NCBI GenBank assembly: GCA_951406725.2 | Contig: OX597832.1 | Location: 38,688,001 to 38,752,000, forward strand | Length of the DNA stretch: 64,000 nt | Source of the DNA: Octopus vulgaris | Lineage: Eukaryota | Reading direction: 5' to 3' | Shown here: positions 28,835 to 43,764 of the stretch, in pieces | Position numbering within the stretch: the stretch's first letter is position 1 | Layout of the letters: each line of letters opens with the position of its first letter | The notes under the pieces: model-generated | Seen by the model: the letters and a program-made list of their open reading frames with translations, nothing else | Databases searched by the model: none | What the model was told of the DNA's origin: nothing | Translations under genes and position numbers: made by a program

Positions 28835-28912
28835 GCGGTACATATGTTTCGGACCTTTATTAGACAGATTTATAACAATGCATAATGTATGTCTGTGGCC
28901 TTCTTCAGCCGC
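28835..28912 (-). ncRNA. Type I hammerhead in a short (TA)n-flanked pLTR-like piece (28798-29042)
   Basis: Minus: gcgg-CTGAAGA-a-ggcc...ggtcc-GAAA-catatg-TA/ccgc; palindromic ACATATGT. Confidence 0.75.
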
Positions 28913-29039
28913 GCACAACAGCTTCCACAAGGACATGTGTTACATCAAAAATTCTTGGTTGGGGATGCAAATCCTCTCATTCGCGTACGACATAATGCGG
29001 CAACAGCATAGAATTGAAGCGTCCATCTCTTTCTTCTCT

Positions 29040-29080
<41 letters not shown>

Positions 29081-29082
<2 letters not shown>

Positions 29083-29550
29083 GGCTGCCCCCTCGTTATC
29101 GAGTATGGCCATTGCACGAAGCTGTTACTGGTGCTGTGATCGAATGTGACTTTTTAGCCCAGCTAAAGATCTACAATGTCTTGTACAGAATTGGCAGCTA
29201 AAACTTTTACCGGTAATAGTCGGCTGTAGTTGTAACTGGGCTTCATGTACCTTTGCATGTCGTTTAAGTCCTCCTGCCGAATTGCACTCTCTTCCACATG
29301 CCTCACAGATATGATTAGTATGGTGTGTTACACCACCACCAGTGGCCAGGTTGTCACTCATCTGTCTCGCTTTATGACTACGAAGATGACTCTTGAGTCC
29401 AGCTTTACTGAGGCAGGGTCTTGCACAGACACTGCATGTCAGCATCATAGGAAAACCCTTCCCATCTGGAAGTGTAACAGCGATGCCCTTTCTGACATCC
29501 CTCCTTACTTTCTCATGTGCAACTCGAGATTTCTCAAAAGTGGCTGTCCA
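29081..29550 (-). mobile_element. Second RTE-like 3' fragment with three C2H2 zinc fingers
   Basis: Highly similar to 12942-13397; CSVC/CEAC/CQFC fingers. Confidence 0.75.
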
Positions 29551-29991
29551 TATATATATATATATATATATACAGTTGTTCAAACTGCGTCTTGCACCAA
29601 GAGAAGGCCTCATGCACACACGTTCGAGGGGAGGACGATATGATGACATAGTCATATCTATCATTTCTAGCAAGCCGTTTTGATCAGGCAGCGACCCCCT
29701 TTTCGGGTTATGCTGGCAATGGTTGTGATGATGTTGGTATTGACGGTCTCAATGATGGTGGTGGTAGTGGGTGATAGTGGTGGTGGTGGTGATTGTGGTG
29801 GTGGTAGTGGATGAGATAGTGGCATTGTGTACCTTGGAGGTTGTTACGTTTGTAATTGTAGATTTGTGATTGTGTGATTCTGGTAACAGTGGTTGTATGT
29901 ATGTTTGGTGTTGCGGTGCTAATGGTATTGATGGTGTTAATGGTAGCAGCCATTGATGTTGTTGTCGTCGTCATCATCATCATCATCATCA

Positions 29992-30022
<31 letters not shown>

Positions 30023-30344
30023 CATTATTATCATTATTATTATTATTATTATTATTCATATAAAGTTATGCTGATAGATATATTATGGAGATACGGAGAA
30101 ATGTTGGTTCTCACAGCTTGAGATGTGAGATGGTACTTCGGAGTTCAAACCACTGATATGATTGTCATCTATACTCACAGCAGTTTGTCAATACTGGAAG
30201 TCACGTTCGAACAGCGCAAAAGAGGATTATTCTTTTTTCATTTTTCTTCTTTTCTTTTCTCTTCTTTTCCTTTTTCTTTATCCTTTTTTTTTATTTCATT
30301 TCATTACATTTCATTTCATTTCGTTTCGTTTCCCAAATCAACAC

Positions 30345-31007
30345 CCACCACCAACACCACCACCACCACCACCACCAAATTTATTCACGATCAAAAAACA
30401 CTGCTATAGATATACACCACTACCACCACCACCGCCACCACCTCCACTACTACTACTTCTACTAGTACTAACACCACCACTAACATCACCATCACCACCA
30501 CCATTTCTACTACTGCTGCTACTATTACTGTTACTACTACTCACACCACCACCACTACCGCTACTACCACTACTACCACTACTACTACTACTATTAACAC
30601 CACCACTACTTTCACCATCACCATCACCACCACAATTTCTAATACTACTGCTGCTACTATTACTGTTACTACTACTAACACCACCACCACTACCACTGCT
30701 ACTGCTACAACTACTACTGCTACAACTACTACTGCTACAACTACTGCTACTACTAATACTAATACTACTACTACAAACACCACCACCACCACTACCACTA
30801 CGAATATAGCCTACACTGTTGGGCATCAGTACATGCAACCATTATGACCAACCAACACATTGCACACTACACCGCCACCACCACCACCCACGTTATTAAC
30901 CAGCACAGCTACAATCATCACCGTCATCATTATTGTTATCATCATCCGTGTTGTCGACGCCATGTCGTCGTCGTCGTAGTCGTCGTCATCGCTGTTGTCA
31001 TCATCAC

Positions 31008-31058
<51 letters not shown>

Positions 31059-31180
31059 CATCCTCATCCTCATCATCATCATCATCATCATCATCGTCAT
31101 CATCGCCATCATCATCATCATCATCATCGTGTTCCTCATCATCGTCATGACTATCATCATCGTCATCATAATCGTCGTCG

Positions 31181-31221
<41 letters not shown>

Positions 31222-31300
31222 GTCGTCGTCATAATCATCGTCATCATCATCATCATCATGATCGCGTTCATCATCATCGTCATGACCATCATCAATAACA
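30345..31300. repeat. (CAC)n/(TAC)n/(CAT)n compound tract
   Basis: Direct inspection. Confidence 0.95.
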
Positions 31301-31819
31301 ACAGCATTAATGTCATCTGTGGAGGAATATGGCAGAGATTCTTGTTTCTGTATAATCATTTCTAATTTTCTTACAAAATGGATAAAAAAAATTAAAGATT
31401 TAAAAAAAGAGAATGGAAATAAAATTTTTGAAAAAAAGTATAAAGAAAGTATAATGTCAGAACTCTCAGAAATGTGGCGTTTGCCTGCAACATACTGTCA
31501 CGTTATAACACACACACACGAACATTGTAACATTGTCACACATTCATAGATACTGTCACACTGTGACTTCCAGCCATGAGGAAATGCTTACGGTGACAAT
31601 GTAACACAGCCTCGCTCCAAGCCACTCAGTCACCCAGTAACACAGTCTTTAAACAACTATAGCTAAAAGGATTACTACTTAGTTGTTTTGATGAACAGAC
31701 TTCTATACATACATACATACATACATACATACATACATACATACATACATTACATACATACATACATACATACACACATACATACATACATACATACATA
31801 TATACAAATATATATAGAT

Positions 31820-31913
31820 AGAGAAAGGAGAAAGCTAATTCGAAGACTAGAGATTTAATCGATCACAGAAACTGCAAAGTTCTGTAAATTTTCACAGAAG
31901 TTTGCCATTTAAA
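31820..31913 (+). mobile_element. Fragment of RLE-LINE ORF end; resumes at ~32540-32595 after the ribozyme-element insertion
   Basis: gctaattcgaagacta...ctgtaaa matches the minus strand of ~53335-53430; agatatgcaactatatgcatgaga matches ~53290-53320. Confidence 0.65.
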
Positions 31914-31915
31914 TA

Positions 31916-32038
<123 letters not shown>

Positions 32039-32039
32039 T

Positions 32040-32520
32040 ATATAGCATTCGTAACACATCATCTCGTTCGGCTTAACAGCCCTTCTTGTCTTGTTATTCT
32101 CCTTGTCCTGTCTTTTACAGTTTATATTTTGTACTGTCGTTACTGTCCTGTTTTTGTTACCATGTTTACCCCTCCGCAAAAAGACCTCAAATTTTATTTA
32201 ATTTGCTTTTCGCGGGAAGGAAAGTTTCTATCGAAGATGCGTATCGCCTTCACCTTCGAAACGCAGAGTGGATGAAACCATGGCGACTGAAGAAGGGGAA
32301 TTTTCCTTGTGTTATTTGTCCTGTACTCTATTTTTTCGTTCTTTAAGAAAAATGTCCAGTTCCTTGATTTTGTGTTTATGTTTCCGTTTCTCATTGTGTT
32401 CGACGTTTTTTTTTTTGGTGTCCTGTACCCATATATGCGTGTATATATACATGTAGAGGTAGGTACGCACATATATGTATGTATATATGCATATGTTTTA
32501 TTTATTAATTTATTATATGT
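32040..32520 (+). mobile_element. (TA)n-flanked non-coding element carrying a permuted hammerhead
   Basis: Shares ccct...gcaaa...tttaatt blocks and the gtcctgtac...gtaggtacg tail with 55640-56160; related to 51203-51708. Confidence 0.75.
32224..32298 (+). ncRNA. Non-circularly permuted hammerhead ribozyme (GUA site, 32243)
   Basis: III tgcgt/GAAAcgca; I tcgcc/ggcga-CTGAAGA; II gggg/cttc (wobbles); extra helix gtttctatc/gatgaaac. Confidence 0.7.
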
Positions 32521-32739
32521 ATATATATATATGTATGTATGCATTGTCAAGATATGCAACTATATGCATGAGAATACAAGCATACAGCAAAACTTACATA
32601 CATACACACATACATACATACATGCATGCATGTATGCATGCATACATACATACATACATACATATATATATGTTTGTGTGTGTGTGTGTGTGTGTGTGTC
32701 GTGCGTGTGTGTGTGTGCATGTGTGTGTGTGTGTGTGTG

Positions 32740-32933
32740 TGTACGACGGGCTTCTTTCGGTTTCCGTCTGCCAAATCCAGCTGATTTGGTGACTGAAACA
32801 GACTAGATACACAAGGCTTTGGCTGGCCCGGAGCTATAGCAGAAGTCACTCATCCAAGGTACCAAGCAGTGGTAGTGAACCTGGAATCATGTGGTTGAGA
32901 AGCAAGCTTCTTACCACACAGCCACGCCTGCGC
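32740..32933 (-). mobile_element. SINE family Y, 5' half
   Basis: Reverse match to 13507-13670. Confidence 0.75.
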
Positions 32934-32956
32934 TTCTCTCTCTCTCTTTCTCTCTG

Positions 32957-33070
<114 letters not shown>

Positions 33071-33170
33071 TATACATATATATACATACACAGACACACA
33101 CACACATATATATACATATATATACATACACAGACACACACACACATATATATACATATATATATATAAA

Positions 33171-33363
33171 TGTGACCTAGTGTGTACCGTTGGCGATTTT
33201 TTTCCCTCTGTCTTTCCTTCTCCTATGTTTCCGACGAAGAGCTCCGCTCGAAACGTTAAATCCTCCTTCTTTCCTTTTTTTCCCGAGCGTCCAATAATAC
33301 TATATTTGTTCCACGTCCTCGCGTTGTTGTGTTTTTTTTTGTGCTTTCTTGCTTGGATTAACC
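33171..33363 (+). mobile_element. ~200-bp element with minimal type I hammerhead (33227-33261)
   Basis: gttt-CCGACGA-a-gagctccgctc-GAAA-cgtt-aaat. Confidence 0.8.
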
Positions 33364-33431
33364 ATATATATATATATATAGTGTGTGTGTGTGTGTGTGT
33401 GTGTGTTATATACAAACAGAGAGAGAAGCGC

Positions 33432-33462
<31 letters not shown>

Positions 33463-33597
33463 AGCATATATATAGTTGTATATATATATATATATACATG
33501 TGTGTGTATGTATGTATGTATGTATTTATGTGTATATATATATATGTATATAATAAACCTATGTTATAGAGAGTCACATATTAAGATAGATAGATAA

Positions 33598-33643
<46 letters not shown>

Positions 33644-34046
33644 AGAGACAGACAGACAGATCGAAAAAAGCTGTAGCTAACACAGTCAGACAGGTCTGAT
33701 TCGCATGCCTGAGTGACAGTTACAGATTATAACTCCGCCCACTAAGAATAGCTGATGACCAATCAACATGTCATGTGTCATAACTTTAAAAAAACTCGCT
33801 TTCTGCTACAAAGACAGCAATTATTTTGTACCGCGATACGTAAGATTGTGCAAAGCAAAGATACGCACGGAAATGCATATGCGCTCATGCACGCACGCTC
33901 ACACACACATACAAATATGAACATATTAACAATGAAGTATATTTTTGCCCTTATGGTTTTTACGCATGCTACCCTACTGATATTGTAAATTATGAATAGT
34001 AATATCCTTATATATATATATATATATATATATACTGTATGTATGC

Positions 34047-34105
<59 letters not shown>

Positions 34106-34167
34106 TTTGTGCGTGTATATGTATGTATATATATATATACATACATATATATATATATGTATGTATA

Positions 34168-34230
<63 letters not shown>

Positions 34231-34755
34231 GAATGGCGGTGCTCCAGCATGGCCACACCTCGTGAGCTGAAACTAGTTGCAATGAAATGAAAATATATAT
34301 AAACAGATGTATATAAATATATACAAATACATGTATGTATTTATATATGTATATGCATAGGCAAATATAAATATATGTAATACGTATACACGCATAGACA
34401 CACACACATTCATACACACATATACATATTCTTTTATTTGTTTCAGTCATTTGACCGCGGCCATGCTGGACCACCGCCTTTAGTCGAACTCACGACCCCA
34501 GGACTTTGTCTTTGTAAACCTAGTACGTTTTCTATCGTCTCTTTTGCAGAACCAAGCGATGGTGGGAGGACAAACACAAACACACAAATACACGTACACA
34601 CATACGCACGCATACACACACACATACACACACACACAAACACACATACACACACACATACTCACACACACAAACACATATGTATACACTTGGAAATGGA
34701 CATTTGGCGTTCAATCAAATAATAATATATATATAGGCATATATATATATTTATT

Positions 34756-34808
<53 letters not shown>

Positions 34809-34810
<2 letters not shown>

Positions 34811-35047
34811 AGGCGCGTGGCTTCGTGGTCAGGGCATCATGATCGTAAGATTGTGGTTTCGATTCCTGGACCGGGCGACGCGTTGTGTTCTTGAGCAAAA
34901 CACTTCATTTCACGTTGCTCCAGTCCACTCAGCTGGCAAAAATGAGTAACGCTGCGATGGACTGGCATCCTGTCCGGCTGGGGAACACATACGCCATAGA
35001 AACCGGGAAATCGGCTCCATGAGCCTGGCTAAGCTTTAAAGGGGCGC
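34809..35047 (+). mobile_element. tRNA-derived SINE family Z
   Basis: ggaggcgcgtggcttcgtgg...ggtttcgattcc...gcgatggactggc. Confidence 0.85.
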
Positions 35048-35062
35048 ATTTATTTATTATGT

Positions 35063-35131
<69 letters not shown>

Positions 35132-35236
35132 AGGTCGTCACCAACAATAAACAACATGAGATACGAAAACAAGTGAGTTCAATATGCAAACAACGAGAGA
35201 AACAAATGGGGAAAAGGACAAGTAATACAAAGAACG

Positions 35237-35312
35237 ACCCTTCATCAGTTGTCGGCTGTCTATCTACTCCTTATTTCGAGCATTGAACGTCAATATGAGT
35301 CTTCGAAGACAG
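35237..35312 (-). ncRNA. Non-circularly permuted hammerhead (AUA site, 35294)
   Basis: Minus: ctgtct..ctcat-A-ttgacg..gctc-GAAA-taag..agacag-c-cgacaa-CTGATGA-a-gggt; one mismatch each in stems I and III. Confidence 0.65.
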
Positions 35313-35403
35313 TTGCTCCCATCAGTACCAAAATAAAATTTTGGTGTTCCCAAATTTGACCTTCTATAAATCTAAAATTTTATTTTGGTACTTATAGGAG
35401 CAA

Positions 35404-35479
35404 CTGTCTACGAAGCCTCACATTGTCGTTCGATGCTCGAAATGAAGAGTAGACAGACAGCCGACAACTGATGAAGAGT
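35404..35479 (+). ncRNA. Non-circularly permuted hammerhead with U16.1>C mutation (likely inactive)
   Basis: ctgtct..ctcac-A-ttgtcg..gctc-GAAA-tga..agacag-c-cgacaa-CTGATGA-a-gagt. Confidence 0.6.
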
Positions 35480-35855
35480 CGTTCTTTATGTCGCTTGTCC
35501 TGCTTTCCATTTGTATCTCTCGTTGTTTGGATATTGAACTCATTTGTTTTCGTATCTCATGTTGTTGATATCTTGTACCCATATATGCATATATATATAC
35601 ATATATGCTTGTCTGTGTATGTGTGAGTATGTGTGTATAGATAGAAAGATATATATATATACATATATGTACATATATACATATATGTCCATATATACAT
35701 ATATATACACATATATATAGTCATATATATATATACATGTACATATATATATATATGCACAGACACACACACACACCGATCGGATTTCTTAAATATGCTA
35801 AGCTACTAATTTTAATTGATTAATATCAATTTCTACCCTCATTATTTAATATATA

Positions 35856-35897
<42 letters not shown>

Positions 35898-36133
35898 AGA
35901 CAGTTGCTATTTGTATTTTTCCGTGGGGTGTAGTTTCAGTCGATTAGAATATTCTCCACCCAAGCACTTTACTCCAAACTTATGACCTCATTTACTCATG
36001 CATAAATTCCTTATCCCCACCACCACCACCACCACTACCATCGTCATCATCACTACCATCATGATCGTCGTCGTCGTAAACATCATCGACGTCACCATGA
36101 CTATGATCATCATCGTTGTCCACCCACTACTAC

Positions 36134-36209
<76 letters not shown>

Positions 36210-36219
36210 GCTGCTGCTG

Positions 36220-36261
<42 letters not shown>

Positions 36262-36355
36262 TAAATTTATATTTGTCTTTATGAACCTACGTATCATAAT
36301 ACGAGTACATGCACATGCATACAATATCTGTGTGTATGGATGTTGATAGATAGAT

Positions 36356-36401
<46 letters not shown>

Positions 36402-36429
36402 AGTGAGATAGTGAGAGTGAGAGAGAGAA

Positions 36430-36701
36430 ATAAATACATACATACATATACATACATGCTAACATATATACTTACATACATGTACGCATATACGTACGTA
36501 CATGCATACATACAAACATACATACATACATACATACATACATACATACACACACACATACATACATACATACACACACATACATACATACATACATACA
36601 TACATACACACACACATACATACATACATACACACACATACATACATACATACATACATACATACACACACATACATACATACATACACACACACATACA
36701 T

Positions 36702-36732
<31 letters not shown>

Positions 36733-36882
36733 TACACACACATACATACATACACACATACATACATACATACATACATACATACACACATACATACATA
36801 CATACATACATACATACATACATACATACATACATACATACATACATGCATACATACATACACACATACATACATACATACG
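36430..36882. repeat. (TACA)n/(CA)n microsatellite
   Basis: Direct inspection. Confidence 0.95.
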
Positions 36883-37516
36883 TATAGGATATTTACAACG
36901 TGTAACCCCCTAATCAACTAAAACCGCACGGTAAACGAGGTTTTAATTATTCATTGATATCCAGTTCACAATTCCCCGGGGTTTCATGAGGGATCGAAAC
37001 TTATCCATGGATCACTGATAATCGACAACATTCACAACTGTCCCTTATTCTCCAGGGTCCCCAAATATGTAGCGTTTCGCCAATTTTAGGCGGAGTTCTG
37101 TTAGTGTATGACCTTGTTTGCAAAGTTTGTCCGAGAAAGGCCAGCAAGAAAAATCGAACATCAAATACTGGACATTGGCTGGCGGAACTGAATTATTTTT
37201 ATCGCCGTCTGTCAACAACTGTAAGCATTTTTATTGTTGGTTTCTGATGTACTTGCTTTTGTTGTTGCTGTTGTTGTTCTTGTGGCGATTGTTACGATGA
37301 CTAATCTAATTACTTTTTGACTGACATGCGTGCTTCTTTACGTGGGAATGCACGTATATATACACACACACATATATTCAGACACATATACATACATACA
37401 TACATACATACATACATACATACATACATACATACATACATACATACATACATACATACATACATACATACATACATACATACATACATACACACATACA
37501 TATATATATATATATA

Positions 37517-37830
37517 GGCACTGGCGTAGCTAGCTTCGTGGTAAGAAGCTTGCCTCCCAACCACATCGTTCCGGGTTCAGTCCCACTGCGTGGAACTTTG
37601 GGTAGGTATTTTCTACTATAGCCATCGACGTTTGACAATCGGTCTTGGAGTATTTAAGATTCCATTTACGTCTCCGTATCAAAGCGGTTCGGCATAAAAG
37701 ACCGATAGAATAAGTACTTGGTTTAAGAAATAAGCGCCCGGGGTCTATTTGTCCGACTAAAACCCTTCAACGCGGTGCTCCAGTATGGCCGCAGTCAAAT
37801 GACTGAAACAAGTAAAAGAATGAATAGAAG
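37517..37830 (+). mobile_element. SINE family Y with internal deletion
   Basis: Head and tail match 13507-13929; central part missing. Confidence 0.75.
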
Positions 37831-37906
37831 AATGTATATATATATATATATATGCACGCGCGTGCGTGCATGTGTGTGTGTGTGTAATAATAATAATAAT
37901 AATAAA

Positions 37907-38243
37907 TGCCTTGATGCAGTACCAGGCTCTCGTGGCATCTGATCTTAACTGATTGGAAGTGTTACCATGTACATTGTTTTGTCTTTGTATAAAAGATGGG
38001 CTACAGCAAATATTCTGCTCAGTACCACAGATTTGCTTGTCAATTGCTTGACCTTAACCAGTTGAGCATGTCCCTTGGTGGTTGACGATATGTGCATCTC
38101 TAATCACAAGCAGAAGTAGTGGTGGAGCATCATAGCCATGTGTTGAGAGGAATTCTTTGGAGTTTGGATAATTCATCTTTGGAATCATGGGTGTTTCGTT
38201 CAACATCCTTAAACAACCCTTATTCAGGCGGGTTACTCGACCA
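37907..38243 (+). mobile_element. Family W repeat, truncated, preceded by (AAT)n
   Basis: Matches 3132-3490. Confidence 0.85.
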
Positions 38244-38881
38244 AGTTCAAATACCATCGAGGTCGGCTTTTCCTTTGCCTTTCATCCTTTTAGAGTCGAT
38301 CAAATAAGTACCAGTTGAATACTGGGGTCGATGTAATCGACTCAACCTCTCCCCCCAAATTGCTGCCCTTGTGGCAAAATTTTAAACTATTCTTGTATTG
38401 ATGCTATGTTAGTTGTTATTGTAGATTTTTTTTCGTTATTGTTGTTGTTCGTTGTTGTAGAGGTGCTTTCTATCGGTAACAATTACTCGTGTTTATGTAT
38501 GGATAATTGTTATTGCCTGTTGTTGTTGTTGTTGTTGTAGTTGCTCTCCTATTAGATTACTGCAACAAGCAATGTTCAATGCCCCATTGTGTAATCGCAG
38601 ATTGACTTCTTAGATTCCGACTCGCAACTAGGCTTTGGTAACCTGTAGCTGTTTGAAACACACACTCGGTTATACATACGTAGAACTGCACATATGTATA
38701 TATATACCTGTTAACACACACACACACACACATATATATGTATACATATATGCATTTATAATACGTATACATGTATATGTATGCCTGTATGAATATATAT
38801 ATATATATAAAAATTATTATATGTATACATTTATATACGTGTACATATGTACATATCTGTGTATTTGTGTGTACACGTGTA

Positions 38882-38921
<40 letters not shown>

Positions 38922-38995
38922 TATATGCACATATATATGTATATATATATAAATATATATATATGCACATATATATGTATATATATATAAATATA

Positions 38996-39158
<163 letters not shown>

Positions 39159-39811
39159 AAACCGTTCAGAGAAGAGATTGGTTATTTGATTAAAACATAC
39201 AAAACAGACGATTCTGCGAGGACAGAAAACCAAACGGAAGAATGCTAGTTTTGCAGTCCAATTAATCTTCACACATACATCCTTCTGCTATCACCCATAA
39301 TAGTACTACTCTATTATCACCACCACTCCCACTCCTGTACTCTCACCACCACTCGTCTACCACCTTCCACCATTTCTCTACTTTCACTTTCGCTTCTCAC
39401 ATACTTCCTCTACTGTTAGACAGCCCTCTTTTCTAATCAGCCTTTAGCAAACTTGAAGAGCTTATCTCAAAGACACTGCCAAAAAGATAGTTTAGCTATC
39501 AAAGCTAATTTGTTCCGTATTGTAAATACATTCAATTGGAAACCCATAGCACGCATCACTCTTTCATCGCCAAACTCCTTCATACAAGTAAGCACCATCC
39601 ATTTGAAAGAATATATCGATGAGGTTTTGGCGATCTTTTTGACGTTGATTTATTTATTTATTTATTTGTCTGTCTGTTTGTCTTACGTTGTATTAGCATT
39701 GCTTTTTCGTTTTTTATTGTGTTTTTTTTTGTTATTTCTTTGTTAGACATAGGTATGTAGATGTTTTTTTTGTTTGTTTGTTTTTGTGCGCTATTTTTGT
39801 TGTTGTTGTTC

Positions 39812-39856
<45 letters not shown>

Positions 39857-40098
39857 CTGTTATTGTTGTTTAGCGTTATATTTGGCGTCCGCGGAACCCG
39901 TTCGCTTTTGAAAGATTGAGAAAAAGGTGGTTAGTTTAGAGATGGTTTTGAGATGGTGTTGTTGGGAGTTTTGGTGGTGGTGGTAGTGGTAGCGAGTGTG
40001 ACGCTGGGGTGTGTGTGTGCTTGTCATGGTATTGGTAGTGCCACAACTTTTAAGGGTAATGGTAGAAGTGGAAATCGCACTACTACTACTACTACTAC

Positions 40099-40177
<79 letters not shown>

Positions 40178-40207
40178 AAGAAGAAGAAGAAGAAGAAGAA
40201 GAAGAAG

Positions 40208-40237
<30 letters not shown>

Positions 40238-40238
<1 letters not shown>

Positions 40239-40626
40239 GCCCTGATGCAGGACCAGGCAGTGGCTCTCGTGGCTTCTTATCTTAACTGATTGGAAGTGTT
40301 ATCATGTACATTGTTTTGTCTTGGTATAAAAAGATGGGCTACAGCAAATATTCTGCTCAATACCACAGATTTGCTTGTCAGTTGTTTGACCATAACCAGT
40401 TGAGCATGTCCCTTAGTGGCTGACGATATGTGCATCTCTGATCACGAGCAGAAGTGGTGGGGGAGCATCATAGCCATGTGTCGAGAGGGATTCTTTGGGG
40501 TTTGAATAATTCACCTCTGGAAACATGGGTGTTTCGTTCAACATCCTTAAACAATCCTTATTCAGGAACCTTTTGAGTTGGATAGGTTACTCGACCAGAA
40601 GAAAATTCTATCTGGGCCCCACCAGC
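40238..40626 (+). mobile_element. Family W repeat, truncated, preceded by (AAT)n(AAG)n
   Basis: Matches 3132-3520. Confidence 0.85.
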
Positions 40627-41099
40627 AGACGAAATACCGCTAAGCATTTCGCCCGGCGTGCTAACGTTTCTACCAGCTCGCTTCCTTAATGCCCGTCCAA
40701 ATATTAATTAACTGTATGGCCCTCTAAAACGCTTATTGGCCTTATTACCACCTAAACCCTAAACTATGATGCTCCCACGCAATAAATTGATTAATTGACT
40801 CACCGAGACACAAATTGCTAGGCTCGTCACCCCTATCATTAATTGCTTTAATTACCCCAACCCAACAATGTTTAGCAGGAGGGCCATCCCTGAATAGAAC
40901 AATGAATAGTTATTCAAAAATTCGATATATTTCATAATTTTTATCCTGCAGTGTTTGCACCATTTATGTCACCACCTACCCTCCCATGACACTCCCATTA
41001 ACACAGCTAGGTCTGATAAAAATAGCAGGTGAATCTACCTCAAAGTGTATTTTTCAGTTGTATGTATGCATGTATATATTCTCACATACAGGATGTACG

Positions 41100-41139
41100 T
41101 ACGTACGTATGTATGTATATATGTATGCATGTGTGTGTG

Positions 41140-41198
<59 letters not shown>

Positions 41199-41645
41199 GT
41201 AAGTATGTATGTATGGATGGATGGATGGATGTATGTATGTATGTATGTATGTATGTATGTATGTATACATGTATGTATGTATGTATTATATATGCATGTA
41301 TGTATGTATGTAAGTATGTATGTATGTATGTATGGATGGATGTATGCATGTATGTATGTATGTATGTATGTATGTAAGTATGTATGTATGTACGTACGTA
41401 TGTATGTATATGTGCATGTATGTATGTATGTATGTATGTATGTATGTATGTATGTATGTATACGTCAAGGAGTGATTTGGTGACAAGTTCGATTTTTCTT
41501 CTTCTTCTTCTTCTTCTTCTTCTTCTTCTTCTTCTTCTTCTTCTTCTTCTTCTTCTTCTTCTTCTTCTTCTTCTTCTTCTTCTTCTTCTTCTTCTTCTTC
41601 TTCTTCTTCTTCTTCTTCTTCTTCTTCTTCTTCTTCTTCTTCTTC
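41100..41645. repeat. (TATG)n followed by a pure (CTT)n
   Basis: Direct inspection. Confidence 0.95.
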
Positions 41646-41981
41646 AAGGATAATTACTCGTCTTCTGAGTTGTTTTCATAGCTATCCTACATTCAATATA
41701 CACTTTAGTTTTGATAAAATATCAGCTCAGTCGACGCTTCTAAGTTTGTTTACAAAAAATATTCTCACATTCCAAAAGCTCTCATTTTGTCAGTGTGTGT
41801 GTCATAAAGGATCGCTTAGCTTAATAATGCAGAGCGCACAAGCCCAGCATCACTCCTTCATAGTCAGCCTCTGAATCTTTCATACAACCTTCGTATATAT
41901 GCTATATTAATAATATAATACACACACACACACACGCTTGCGGGAGCACACACACACACGCAAAGATTCATTAGAATCTAT

Positions 41982-42024
<43 letters not shown>

Positions 42025-42620
42025 TAAACACACATACACACATATACACACACATTGAAAGTACAAGTCGTTCACAAAGAACCCCAGCATAGCTTGCTAG
42101 AAACAACAGCCACTTGTCCCTTAAATGACGCCCACCATCTTAAAAAGAAAGCACTTTTTAAATCATATAGATACACTATAGCAGAGGTCACTGCTGGAAT
42201 GTCCTTTTTGCACATGTCTGCTACTGTATCGTTGCACAAAGAAGAATGCACTTCAATGCAGTATTTCTTTAATGCGGATGACTGCATGTAATTCTATGAA
42301 AAGGATGGTCGTGCTTGAGCGAATTGTTAAACTAGGTTTTTAATGCAAGGGACATAACTCATCAATAATATCAATATTAATTATGTCCCTTACACGAATT
42401 ATTTTTTTTCTCTCTCTCTCTTCACACACACACACATGTCTATCTGTATGTATATCTCTATGTATGTATATATATATAAAGTTTAAAATAATGGTCACTA
42501 CATATTTTACCTTTATTGGGGCGTGCTTGGCTGACTGTTTCCAGTAGTCATTACAGGTACATTACTTATAGATTTACTCAATTAGTCTGTTGATTAGTAT
42601 ATATATGTAGTATATATAAA

Positions 42621-42983
<363 letters not shown>

Positions 42984-43647
42984 TATTAGCCATAAAGGTT
43001 TTACATAGAGGGGACATTACAATACATTGGGGACACAAAACATCAAAAATTCAAATTAAAATATAAATAAAAACATAAGCGTATGACAGAGATAAAAAAT
43101 GGGTAAAAATGAGAAATAAAAGTGATGTTAACTGCCCTCCCCCAATCAGTCAACATCCCTTGTCCTCTTTCCTATATCAATGAAAAAATCACATAGTCCC
43201 CTAGATTCACCCCATAAATTTCTCAAGTTCGTCCCTCCTTTCCAGTTTCAACCTTCCCCTTATTAACAAATACGCGTTTCTAAGTCCCTTTTTCAAGCTC
43301 CGTCACCTGGTTGTTTTGTCAACACCCCTTCCATGCCCTCATTCCAGCCATCAGGTAATTCGACTTTTCCCCAATCCTTTCAAATTTCAAATACATCCTC
43401 ATCGTCATATGTATATGGTGTGTGTGTGTATACACGACGAGCTTCTTTCAGTTTCCGTCTCCCGAATCCACTCACAAAGCTTCGGTTGGCTCGAGGATAT
43501 AGAAGACACTTGCGCAAACTGTCACGTAGTGGGGCTGAACCCCTAAACCATGTGGTTGGGTAGTAAGCTTCTTACCACACAGCCACGCCTGCGTGCTCCA
43601 GCATGGCCGCAGTCAAATGACTGAGACGTGTAAAAGAATAATAGAGC

Positions 43648-43701
<54 letters not shown>

Positions 43702-43722
43702 TATAAAACATGCTCTATTATT

Positions 43723-43753
<31 letters not shown>

Positions 43754-43764
43754 ACGACGATAAA

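Larger units (their letters stand above)
35128..35590. mobile_element. Head-to-head inverted pair of permuted-hammerhead elements
   Basis: 35128-35342 is an imperfect reverse complement of 35374-35580. Confidence 0.8.

Noticed and set aside
37055-37219. Possible 165-nt plus-strand exon (ctccag...gtaagc, one open frame)
   Set aside because: The peptide is not recognisable and there are no partner exons; it cannot be supported without RNA data
42055-42291. Short ORFs in a unique-sequence island
   Set aside because: No recognisable domain or splice signals; it may be regulatory but that is unsupported
42525-42555. Minus-strand GAAACAGTC hammerhead half
   Set aside because: No matching CUGANGA strand nearby; at best a truncated remnant
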